In this document: one piece after another, positions 54,991-63,077 of the stretch | Layout: every line of letters begins with the position of its first letter | Position numbering within the stretch: position 1 is the first letter of the stretch | From: a virus | Taxonomy: Duplodnaviria; Caudoviricetes | Length of the DNA: 64,000 bases | Strand: one strand, 5' to 3' | IMG/VR virus record: IMGVR_UViG_3300028581_000010 | Notes under the pieces: model-generated | Told to the model about the DNA's origin: nothing | The model's database searches: none | Seen by the model: only the letters and a program-made list of their open reading frames with translations | Made by a program: the position numbers and the translations under genes

Positions 54991-55751
54991 TGCAACCTAT
55001 ACACCTACCTGCATTTTACATGGGAGTATCCGACCAACTGTTTAAGGGAAGCCCGAGCGACTCTATGTCTGGTCATGGAAATACCAACAGCTCCATACTA
55101 CCTAACATTCCCTCCCAGGCTAAATGGAAGTATGCCAAAGGAGAGGACTTCTTTCGTGTTACGGACGGGCATCATGTCTATAACTTCGGAATGGCTGGCA
55201 AGTTTTCTGATGAGGACAAGCTAGTGGACAAGCTGGAGGATGTACCTACTCCGGAGTTTAACAAAGGCGCGGTTGAGGAAGGGACCGCACAAGTACACCG
55301 GGCCTCCCCAGATAATATCTACCTTACGCTTGCGGACGGCAAATTGAACCCGACCTTCGAGCTAAAACACCACGACGGCAAGCAGTGGAAGTACGCTCCT
55401 TCAAAGAAGTTTATCGATAAGCTCAAAAAGCAGACCGCCGGCAGTGTGCCCACCATTCTTGATCCTGACTCGCTGATTCGTGGTGCTACAGGAATGCTCA
55501 AGAAAAGCGTTTTTGACCTATCTTCAGCTACCGAGCTCCTTGCACACGGCGTACCTAATGCGCTAGGCAGCCTGCTTGACTTCCGACTCGCTCATCCAGC
55601 GCTCGCTGCCACAGGCGCGGTCGTAGGCGCAAACACGCTGTTGCCTAAGTTATTCGGTAAAAAGCCAAATATGGGCACTGGGTTGCTGGCACCGCTGGCC
55701 GCCTCCACTGCCGTAGGTGCCGTGGCCCCTGCCATTAAAAGCATGTTATGA
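54990..55751 (+). CDS. Protein with a beta-rich domain and C-terminal hydrophobic Gly/Ala helices
   Basis: Coupled start; AFYMGVSDQLFKGS leader; ALAATGAVVGA and GLLAPLAASTAVGAV segments. Confidence 0.7.
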   Translation: MQPIHLPAFYMGVSDQLFKGSPSDSMSGHGNTNSSILPNIPSQAKWKYAKGEDFFRVTDGHHVYNFGMAGKFSDEDKLVDKLEDVPTPEFNKGAVEEGTAQVHRASPDNIYLTLADGKLNPTFELKHHDGKQWKYAPSKKFIDKLKKQTAGSVPTILDPDSLIRGATGMLKKSVFDLSSATELLAHGVPNALGSLLDFRLAHPALAATGAVVGANTLLPKLFGKKPNMGTGLLAPLAASTAVGAVAPAIKSML

Positions 55752-56113
55752 TACGGACTCCAGACAACTTCTATAAGCCGCGCTCGTTGGACACGATGCT
55801 GGATATGCGCAATGCTATTCAGCCAGAGCATCTGATGCACATGATCGCACGTGATCCTGGTCTGCCTAACGAAAGAAAGCAGCCACTGCTCACCATGCTG
55901 AGTACGCCAGAAGTATTTGACCATCTACTAGTAGGTGCGGCTGGCGCAGCGTTGGCCTTGGCGGTAGCAAAGTTCGCTGAGTTGGACAAGGCTCCCAAGG
56001 TTCTTGTCGGTTTGGCTGGCTTTGGAATCGGAAATGTGGTATACAATATGTTAAAGGAAAATAAATTCACAAGCTTCGACCCGCACACGGGCATAGCAAC
56101 ACTACACACATAA
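55748..56113 (+). CDS. Small two-helix membrane-like protein
   Basis: LLVGAAGAALALAVAKF and VLVGLAGFGIGNVV segments. Confidence 0.7.
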   Translation: MIRTPDNFYKPRSLDTMLDMRNAIQPEHLMHMIARDPGLPNERKQPLLTMLSTPEVFDHLLVGAAGAALALAVAKFAELDKAPKVLVGLAGFGIGNVVYNMLKENKFTSFDPHTGIATLHT

Positions 56114-56114
56114 A

Positions 56115-56492
56115 ATGGAAAGCACTCTAACAAAATACGCACAAGCAATTAAAGCCGAGCTGGCCCTGGAGTTAGCCAAACAGGGATCGACATTGGCGCA
56201 ATTCGACCAGGAGCTGGCCTCGGTTAACACCGGCGAAGGTGTATTGAAGATCGCGGCCGCCGAGACAAGCATGTTGCATGACGCCTTTCGTGGTGGGCTG
56301 AATGCGGGCGCGTCCATTCCGGACTTGGCCCTGAAGTTATCGCTGGCCGGAGGCGCAGCCGCAGGGCTAACTGCGGACGAGATGGATAACTCTGTAAACA
56401 ACCTAAATAAGTCTTTACAAAGCGAGCGCGAAAAGATTAAGTTGGTGCAGCGCCTAACAGCTAACCTAAAGAGAGAACATGGACTTAGATAA
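56115..56492 (+). CDS. Small helical protein with K-x-A motifs and a Gly/Ala helix
   Basis: LTKYAQ, LKIAAA, LSLAGGAAAGL, then a coiled coil. Confidence 0.7.
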   Translation: MESTLTKYAQAIKAELALELAKQGSTLAQFDQELASVNTGEGVLKIAAAETSMLHDAFRGGLNAGASIPDLALKLSLAGGAAAGLTADEMDNSVNNLNKSLQSEREKIKLVQRLTANLKREHGLR

Positions 56493-56835
56493 AGATTACG
56501 CTTCGTTTGGAACAGTATACACAGATAAGACCCTGAGAAGGGACCGCAATATTCGTGCAGAGGTCACGAACAAAGAATTCGATCCTAATAAAGTGATCGA
56601 CGCCTATGAGCAGTCACGCGGTATTAAGCCACGCCCGACTGTCGACAAGAATAACTTCGAGTTCAAGAGTATCGTACTCGATCCCGAGCAAGATAAAGAC
56701 CGCGACATGCTGGACATGTTGCTGAACGACGACAAGTATGTAATCTCGCTCTATAAAGATAACTGGACTCACCACGGGTCCTACCGCGTGTTCATTATTT
56801 ACGGAAAGCGCAAAGAGAAAGAAACTTCACAATGA
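56479..56835 (+). CDS. Hypothetical protein
   Basis: 118-aa ORF coupled to both neighbours. Confidence 0.65.
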   Translation: MDLDKDYASFGTVYTDKTLRRDRNIRAEVTNKEFDPNKVIDAYEQSRGIKPRPTVDKNNFEFKSIVLDPEQDKDRDMLDMLLNDDKYVISLYKDNWTHHGSYRVFIIYGKRKEKETSQ

Positions 56836-57695
56836 AAAACGGCACAGATATACCACTAACCCCAGACGAGGCCTACCAGGCCTCAAAGATGTTTGGCAGC
56901 AGCCTGTTCAGCGCTATTCAACTCACTAAGGAGTTGGAGAAATACCGCGATGCCCGGCAAACAAAGCGCGACCCGCACGACAACATTCTTCGAATTCCTA
57001 TTCCAAAGGATTTAATGCAGCCTACCAAGCTCGGCGCGTGGGTAGGGCAGGCCACCGGCAAAACCTTCCAGGACTTTATTAAAAACAGGTTGGCTAAGAA
57101 ACAAGTCAGCGATGGCATAGCTAAGTCAAAAAATCTTTTTCTCACATTAGCTCCTCGTGGTGGTGCTGTCGTTAAAAAGGCAGATGAATCTATGGACCCA
57201 GGCGTGATCGGTAGAGCGCTGCGGTTCAACAAGCATCCAGTGCGCATGCTTGTAGGAAGCCAATCAGGCTTCAAAGACGCACAACGCGATTATCATGAGC
57301 AGGAGAGACAACAGATCGCGAGAGAGTTAATGGAGGCACAGAAAGAGTATATCTCAACGCTCCAGAGGATTAAAATGGGTGAGGCAACTCCTTACGTTGA
57401 CGCTTTTTGCAACGGAATAGCAGAGCACGTAGTTTTTGAAAAAGAAGCTGCTGACACGGCCGAAGATGTTAATATCTCCGACCATGCTGTTCGTCGGATG
57501 CTGGGAGATGTTTTCAACGTCGCCAAGAAACCATTGCGCCCAGCCACCGATGCCGCGGCTTCGGGATTGCTTTCCACTGGAGTAAGTGCCGCCTATTTGA
57601 CCTATCTGCTACGCAAGAAAACACGCGAAGAGCCCCCTGCTTATCTGCGCGAAGCTATGCCTACGCAGGTTGAACTGGTTCCTTACGGCGACTAA
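56832..57695 (+). CDS. Putative internal head protein
   Basis: VKKAD and FCNGIAEHVVFEKEAA motifs; hydrophobic AASGLLSTGVSAAYLTYLL segment. Confidence 0.7.
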   Translation: MKNGTDIPLTPDEAYQASKMFGSSLFSAIQLTKELEKYRDARQTKRDPHDNILRIPIPKDLMQPTKLGAWVGQATGKTFQDFIKNRLAKKQVSDGIAKSKNLFLTLAPRGGAVVKKADESMDPGVIGRALRFNKHPVRMLVGSQSGFKDAQRDYHEQERQQIARELMEAQKEYISTLQRIKMGEATPYVDAFCNGIAEHVVFEKEAADTAEDVNISDHAVRRMLGDVFNVAKKPLRPATDAAASGLLSTGVSAAYLTYLLRKKTREEPPAYLREAMPTQVELVPYGD

Positions 57696-57696
57696 G

Positions 57697-58467
57697 ATGC
57701 ACATCGACTGGAATGCTTTATCAGACGGGGTTGGTAGTGAATTGGCTAAAAGTGCCAATCTGGAAGCAGCTACGCCTCCAGCCACAGGGCGGGCAGCGTG
57801 GCAGCAAGGCGCACGTAACGTTGTTGAGGGGGCCATACAGCACCCATTGGTACGGCCGCTTGCACAGCATCCATTTACGGCCGCACCACGAGCGGTCTTT
57901 AACAACGTAACTAAGCCAGCTCTGGACTTTGTTAGCGGCGGGGCTATGACCGGGCTACAAGACAAGTACAATGCCGCCGGAAAGGCTATATCCGCTGTAG
58001 GTGACGTTGCAGGCCAGGTGCTCCCTATAGGGCTTGCGGCCGGCGGCGCAGCTCTTCTAGGCGGGCTAGGAGGAGGAAAGGGCCGCTCTACTCCCGAGCA
58101 ACCGTCAACTGGAGGGTACGCACCAGGCAGACGTACGCTACTCACTCGTGGGCACGGCGATGTTAACTCGCTAGTTAACCCTATGACCTCCTGGGCCCCT
58201 CAAGGTGGAGGTCTTAAACTTGCAGGCGTGATGGACTCCGTTGGCTGGGCCGCACGAAACCGTGTAGCCAACATGGCACTCAACGCAGCTACTGGCCTGC
58301 CGTTAAATACAAATCCACTGCACGCGGCGGCGGAGCCTCCAGCCAAGCGTAACGAGGACCTGGCCAAGGAAGTGGAGCTTGTCACAAAGTATCCAGAGAT
58401 CAAGGCAATGCTGGAGCAGCCGGAAACAAAGGAGCACTTGTTAGACATCCTTGAAGGAAAGGCATAA
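57697..58467 (+). CDS. Putative internal head protein, Gly/Ala-rich
   Basis: Likely start ATG 57697 (MHIDWNALSDGVGSELAKSAN); GLAAGGAALLGGLGGG; LKLAG. Confidence 0.7.
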   Translation: MHIDWNALSDGVGSELAKSANLEAATPPATGRAAWQQGARNVVEGAIQHPLVRPLAQHPFTAAPRAVFNNVTKPALDFVSGGAMTGLQDKYNAAGKAISAVGDVAGQVLPIGLAAGGAALLGGLGGGKGRSTPEQPSTGGYAPGRRTLLTRGHGDVNSLVNPMTSWAPQGGGLKLAGVMDSVGWAARNRVANMALNAATGLPLNTNPLHAAAEPPAKRNEDLAKEVELVTKYPEIKAMLEQPETKEHLLDILEGKA

Positions 58468-58474
58468 GTTCTGC

Positions 58475-58503
58475 TTGCAAAATCAACGACTACCGGTTAT
58501 GGT
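58475..58503 (+). promoter_or_regulatory. Promoter TTGCAA-N17-TATGGT
   Basis: Read directly; upstream of 58516 and the RpoB N-terminal fragment; ACCGGT precedes the -10 box. Confidence 0.6.
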
Positions 58504-58515
58504 GAGACTTGATTT

Positions 58516-58728
58516 ATGGCAGCAAAACAAGTATACATTCCGAAGATTAATTTGACAGGTACCTACATAGAAGAACTAGGCACTGCTACCGACAAAATAT
58601 GCTATCCTGGAAGTACATTCAGCGTAGAGATTTGTTTGGAAGATTTTGAAGATAAAGAAGAATACCACACGGCTTGGATCGCTATAACAAAGGCGGCCCA
58701 GAAGAAGTTGGAAAAGAATAACAGCTAA
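58516..58728 (+). CDS. Hypothetical protein
   Basis: 70-aa ORF with TAATG coupling to the RpoB fragment. Confidence 0.65.
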   Translation: MAAKQVYIPKINLTGTYIEELGTATDKICYPGSTFSVEICLEDFEDKEEYHTAWIAITKAAQKKLEKNNS

Positions 58729-59390
58729 TGAAACCTCCCGCGCAAACAAGATCTTTCTTCGACCCTATTAGGCTGAGAGAGCTCGTGCTTAAGAATGCGG
58801 TGGACGCCTTTCAGAACAAGCTGAACAAAATAGAGACGACAGACTTCAAGCTGTCTGCCCATAGTCTAAAGATAGACTCCACGCCTATATCTATCTCCGA
58901 CCAGAAGAAAGCTATTCTGGAGAAAAAAGACATTACCGTGCCCCTCAAGGGCACGATTGATTTGATTCACAAGGCGTCTGGTAACGTTGTGGAGTCTAAG
59001 AAGCTGACTATTGCACAGATTCCATACATCACCGAGCGCAACACCGCAATATATAACGGTTCGGAGTACGAGAGTATCAATCAGATGCGCTTGCTGCCTG
59101 GTATCTATGCGCGTATTAGACAGGATGGTATCGCCGAAGCTCACATCAACCCAGCTCCTCGCACAGGTGTAGCGGGGCGCATTCTCTTTCTACCAGACAG
59201 GCAGATCTTTGTGTTGATGATTCAGAACACCCAGGTGCACCTCTATAGCATTCTTCATGATCTAGGTATCTCGGACAAGGTCATCCTCGAGGCTTGGGGC
59301 AATGAGATCTATAATAAGAATCGTGCTGGCTACTCCAGCGAGGCTATCGATAAACTGTTCCTAAAACTCTTCGGTCCCGAAGAAGAATAA
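58728..59390 (+). CDS. rpoB: RNA polymerase beta N-terminal fragment (stand-alone gene)
   Basis: KDITVPLKGTIDL = tY..PLrvk.rL; IAQIPYITERNTAIYNGSEYESINQMRLLPGIY = .geiPlMT..GTFiINGtERVivsQL.RSPGVy. Confidence 0.85.
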   Translation: MKPPAQTRSFFDPIRLRELVLKNAVDAFQNKLNKIETTDFKLSAHSLKIDSTPISISDQKKAILEKKDITVPLKGTIDLIHKASGNVVESKKLTIAQIPYITERNTAIYNGSEYESINQMRLLPGIYARIRQDGIAEAHINPAPRTGVAGRILFLPDRQIFVLMIQNTQVHLYSILHDLGISDKVILEAWGNEIYNKNRAGYSSEAIDKLFLKLFGPEEE

Positions 59391-59470
59391 GGTTGCGTAC
59401 TTCTCCTTTTTGTGAGAAGATGTATTTTAAGCAATGGACGAAACATCGTTTCTCCGGGAGAAAGCTCCTG

Positions 59471-59499
59471 TTGCAAAACAAGTTTTGCCGTTGTAAACT
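59471..59499 (+). promoter_or_regulatory. Promoter TTGCAA-N17-TAAACT
   Basis: Boxes identical to those at 42869..42897; followed by an A/C-rich leader. Confidence 0.7.
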
Positions 59500-59521
59500 A
59501 AACAAACAACAATAAATAACT

Positions 59522-59893
59522 ATGGCAAACCTAACTGTAAGAAAAGTAAGTACTGGCTCCACTGTCCTCAGTGGTCTTAAAACATCCCGCTACGAAAAAG
59601 CTGAAGTAGCATACGGCGTAATCGAAGCCGCGGACTATACCCTCGGTGATACAATTGTATTCGACGGCGTTCGTTCCAAAGAAATCATCAAAGGAACTGT
59701 CACGATCCACACCGCAACACCTGTTGTGCTCGACATCCTCCCCGCTACTGTGCTGACTTCCGCGCTAGTCATGGAGACTGCCACAAAAGCAAAAGTCAGC
59801 TACGTGATCGACTATATCCGTGGTGAAGGCCGCGTCGGCACAAGCACGACCACTGGCGATCTACTCAAGGTCACCATCAACGAAGACGTATAA
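59522..59893 (+). CDS. Beta-rich structural protein (paralog of the next gene's N-terminal domain)
   Basis: VRKVSTGS.V..GL.TSRYEK..VAYGVI shared with 59913..60764. Confidence 0.8.
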   Translation: MANLTVRKVSTGSTVLSGLKTSRYEKAEVAYGVIEAADYTLGDTIVFDGVRSKEIIKGTVTIHTATPVVLDILPATVLTSALVMETATKAKVSYVIDYIRGEGRVGTSTTTGDLLKVTINEDV

Positions 59894-59912
59894 TCCGTAA
59901 GGACTAAACCAT

Positions 59913-60764
59913 ATGGCAACTAAATATGTAAGAAAGGTCAGCACAGGCTCCGATGTAATCGGTGGCCTCATAACCTCTCGCTATGAAAAACTCGGAGTAG
60001 CCTACGGCGTGATCGCTGGGGATCAATACACTAACGATGACACAATCTCGTTTGGTGATATTCCTTCCTCGATGATTATCGACGGCAAGCTAACCATTCA
60101 TCAAGACCCCGTCATCACGACAGACATCTATCCAGGAATGGATCTGAGCGCTGCCCTGATCATGGATTCTGCTGCAACAGCAGACCTCAGCTACGTTATC
60201 CGCTACATCAAGAGCGCGGGCATCGTCGGTGCAGAAGGTATTCCTCTCAGCATCGAGTTCGACTCCAGCACTCTGGTTGCGCCGGCCTTCAGCGTTGCTG
60301 CAGGTACGTTCACCTCTACGCAGACCGTGACCATCACGACTGCGAAGAAAGATGACGTTATTCGGTACACAGTCGATGGAAGTGCTCCTTCCGCAACGGC
60401 TGGCACAATATATACCGTGCCTGTGGTTATCACAGATACGACTACTCTCAAGGCTATTGCCTACAAGGGTACAAACACCAGCACGGTCACGAGCGCAACA
60501 TACACGATCACACCGGTGGCAACACCTACGTTTGATCCTGTCGCCGGCACGTACGCTGGGGAACAAACCGTTACAATCGCCACTGCAACAGCAGGTGCGA
60601 CTATCCGTTACACGGACGACGGCGTTACTGCTCCTTCCGCAACAGTTGGAACAGTATACACAGTTCCTGTCACAGTCGCTGCTTCTGCAACGCTCAAAGC
60701 TATCGCCTACAAGACGAACCAGCCCACAAGCGCTGTCGCTACAGCTGCTTACGTTATTGAGTAA
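59913..60764 (+). CDS. Virion decoration-like protein: shared N-terminal domain plus two Fn3-associated/CHB_HEX_C Ig-like domains
   Basis: Two repeats P.F...AGT....QTVTI.T......IRYT.DG..PS...GT.YTVPV......TLKAIAYK. Confidence 0.8.
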   Translation: MATKYVRKVSTGSDVIGGLITSRYEKLGVAYGVIAGDQYTNDDTISFGDIPSSMIIDGKLTIHQDPVITTDIYPGMDLSAALIMDSAATADLSYVIRYIKSAGIVGAEGIPLSIEFDSSTLVAPAFSVAAGTFTSTQTVTITTAKKDDVIRYTVDGSAPSATAGTIYTVPVVITDTTTLKAIAYKGTNTSTVTSATYTITPVATPTFDPVAGTYAGEQTVTIATATAGATIRYTDDGVTAPSATVGTVYTVPVTVAASATLKAIAYKTNQPTSAVATAAYVIE

Positions 60765-60802
60765 TCAACTGACGGAAAACAACATAACAAACAAACAAAG
60801 AG

Positions 60803-60826
60803 GGGCAGAAAAATCTGCCCTTTTTT
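60803..60826 (+). terminator. Intrinsic terminator
   Basis: GGGCAGA-AAAA-UCUGCCC followed by UUUUUU. Confidence 0.85.
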
Positions 60827-60829
60827 GTG

Positions 60830-60857
60830 TTGACATGCGCCCACCAACCGGTAATAT
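60830..60857 (+). promoter_or_regulatory. Promoter TTGACA-N16-TAATAT (near-leaderless)
   Basis: Perfect -35 box immediately after the terminator; ATG 60866 lies 8 nt after the -10 box. Confidence 0.65.
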
Positions 60858-60865
60858 TGTCCTTT

Positions 60866-61024
60866 ATGGAAGAGACAAAAGAAGCAAAAGTATACAACCT
60901 AGTATTGGAGCTCGAGGGGCTCAAGAAAGAAAAGTCCGCGACAGTGAAGGGCTTTAACGAAGAGATCAAGCGCATCAACGCCGAGATCAAAGACATTTTG
61001 AAAGACGAAACTGAAACAGAATAA
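60866..61024 (+). CDS. Small coiled-coil protein (52 aa)
   Basis: MEETKEAKVYNLVLELEGLKKEKSATVKGFNEEIKRINAEIKDIL; start reassigned to ATG 60866. Confidence 0.7.
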   Translation: MEETKEAKVYNLVLELEGLKKEKSATVKGFNEEIKRINAEIKDILKDETETE

Positions 61025-61025
61025 T

Positions 61026-61322
61026 ATGGAAAACGAGTTGCAACAAGATAATAGAGTAGAGCTGCCCTTGGTGACTGCTGAGCATGTGGAGAACAAACAT
61101 GTCTCGCTGTTACTTATTGAAGATGGGCTACGTCAGGTTGAGGTTAACCTGAAAGAGCAAGACGAGAATATAATCAAGATCAATGACAACCTGCAGAAGC
61201 TCTCCGAGCAGCTTCAAAGATTGCAGTCCCTCAAGATCGCAACCACCGCCCAGCAAAATCTGCTGCTAGAATTGCAGCGTAAGATTGTAGAGCTGGATAA
61301 CGCCGGTAACACAGCTACGTAA
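61026..61322 (+). CDS. Coiled-coil protein
   Basis: Long heptad pattern in a 98-aa ORF. Confidence 0.7.
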   Translation: MENELQQDNRVELPLVTAEHVENKHVSLLLIEDGLRQVEVNLKEQDENIIKINDNLQKLSEQLQRLQSLKIATTAQQNLLLELQRKIVELDNAGNTAT

Positions 61323-61323
61323 T

Positions 61324-61665
61324 ATGTGGTCCATAGCTGGTCTTGCATTGTTGATGGCTTATGGTATGGTCGTTTGGCTCAAGACCAACGCAATAGCAGA
61401 GTATCTGACCCTTTTTCGGTTGGATACTCTGCTTTTTGTTGACCAGTTCAATAAGCTTAAGAAGGACGGTTTTGATGGTACCTTTGTGGACTTTCTTCAC
61501 GAGTACTACTACGACTACTTCCTAGTTAGACTTATTACCTGCCCCATATGCATCAGCGTCTGGCTAGGGGCGTTGGGCTGGGTCGCCTACCCTATAGGTG
61601 GGATCGGTATGCTGGTGGGCCCTTTGGCGTTGTTGTTCTACCTGATCTATGTTAAACTTATGTGA
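61324..61665 (+). CDS. Membrane protein, DUF1360-like
   Basis: Hydrophobic helices and the RLITCPICISVW motif recalled for DUF1360. Confidence 0.6.
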   Translation: MWSIAGLALLMAYGMVVWLKTNAIAEYLTLFRLDTLLFVDQFNKLKKDGFDGTFVDFLHEYYYDYFLVRLITCPICISVWLGALGWVAYPIGGIGMLVGPLALLFYLIYVKLM

Positions 61666-61667
61666 TC

Positions 61668-63077
61668 ATGGCCAAGCCAGTACTAAATCTATCTACCTTA
61701 AACCTGGGTACAGACGAAATCGGTGGTCTGCCCAGGTTTAATATTACCTACTCACCTGTAAACCCTGGCGACGAGGCCGCGGTATGTACTCCGCCACCGG
61801 CCACCGTTGTTATGGTTGATCTTCCTGACATACCTGCGATAGATCAAACCTGCAGCTTTGTGTTTCCGCAGAATCAGCTGATTCCTCCTATTTACAACCC
61901 TCCAGTCGACGTACCTCCGGCTTGCGAAGATTTTACCAGCAACATTGAGATTAAGACCTGGCGCAGAGCCGTGAAGGGGTCGTATTTTATTGTAGAGCCC
62001 TTCACCGTGCCCAACTGTGGGCTTAACATCAAAGGTGAGCTAGTTGTAAATGCTTGCGAAACGTTTAACGCTGACGTGTTGTTGACCACCTCGAAGGCAA
62101 TGCGCAAGAGCCGGATGACTATTACGAAAACCGGCATCCCTGACTGCGGCTTTAAACTACATACACACTTGGACATAGACGCTTGTACAAGTTTTGCTGC
62201 CACAAGTTCTGTTACCTTTAAGGGAGCCGCACGGAAGAGCCGTCTCAATGTAATACCTAGCCGCGTACCTGACTGCGGCTTCCGCCTGCAGGGAGATATC
62301 ATAGTTGATGCTTGTGAGGAGTTTAAAATGAACAGCAGCTTTACTGTTACAGGGGGAGGTGCGACAGGAGAACTCAAAGTAGAGTCCACTGGAGCACCAA
62401 ACTGTGGGGCCACTATAACCGGGTATATAGATGTACCTGAGATAGACTTCGCCGATTATGACCTTTTCTCTTATTACCCGGATGTGATGTACGGCAATTG
62501 CCGAAAAACATACTGCGTGCGTATTCATTTGCCAGCCGGCTTCCTTGGAGACAGCATTCTTACCGGCGCTTTTGACCCGGCCGCGATCAAAGAGCAGACC
62601 ACCTGGATATTTAAGCCCATACCAAACACAAATGGCAACTGTAAGCGCTCCGGCCGTAGTGGTGGTGGCGGAGGCGGCGGTTCTGGTGACAAGTATAACC
62701 AGTGGATGGACTGCGCATATCTAGAGTTGCTGGTCATACCCCCAGACGGCTTCGAGTGTGACTGGACGCGTACACGAAAATATTGGAATACAGCCTGCAC
62801 GTGCTCACATAGCGAGGTGCCCATCGGCTATGCGCGGCTGTGTTACCCTTCAGCCGAAGAAGCAGGGTGTTGCAATATTTATCTCAGACACAAGTATAAG
62901 CGTATCATCGCCGCGAACCTTAACAAGGGGGCAAAGGTCAAGATCATCGCTAACACAAACGATATTCCAGGTGACGAGAAGGTAGCCATGTTTAGAAAAG
63001 TTAAATTCTGCAGTGACGAGGCCGGAGACCAGCAGGCCTGGGTATGGATGACTGAGCCGGAGGCTTGGGTGGATTAA
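61668..63077 (+). CDS. Cys-rich protein with four ~43-aa beta repeats (possible fibre/appendage)
   Basis: Repeats AC..F...P(N/D)CG..I.G.L.V at about 61920..62440; poly-Gly linker; Cys-rich C-terminal domain. Confidence 0.75.
   Translation: MAKPVLNLSTLNLGTDEIGGLPRFNITYSPVNPGDEAAVCTPPPATVVMVDLPDIPAIDQTCSFVFPQNQLIPPIYNPPVDVPPACEDFTSNIEIKTWRRAVKGSYFIVEPFTVPNCGLNIKGELVVNACETFNADVLLTTSKAMRKSRMTITKTGIPDCGFKLHTHLDIDACTSFAATSSVTFKGAARKSRLNVIPSRVPDCGFRLQGDIIVDACEEFKMNSSFTVTGGGATGELKVESTGAPNCGATITGYIDVPEIDFADYDLFSYYPDVMYGNCRKTYCVRIHLPAGFLGDSILTGAFDPAAIKEQTTWIFKPIPNTNGNCKRSGRSGGGGGGGSGDKYNQWMDCAYLELLVIPPDGFECDWTRTRKYWNTACTCSHSEVPIGYARLCYPSAEEAGCCNIYLRHKYKRIIAANLNKGAKVKIIANTNDIPGDEKVAMFRKVKFCSDEAGDQQAWVWMTEPEAWVD

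Noticed and set aside
59400-59463. Small hairpins sharing TTCTC/GAGAA arms as an ncRNA or operator
   Set aside because: Only 5-6-bp stems, no U-tract, and not seen elsewhere; insufficient support.
27953-59521. A/C-rich (AAACAA) leaders as CRISPR repeats or as proof of a Shine-Dalgarno-free host
   Set aside because: There is no repeat-spacer periodicity. Several genes have clear AGGA/AGGAG(GT) sites (20407, 28437, 51177, 59913), and the promoters are canonical sigma70-type.
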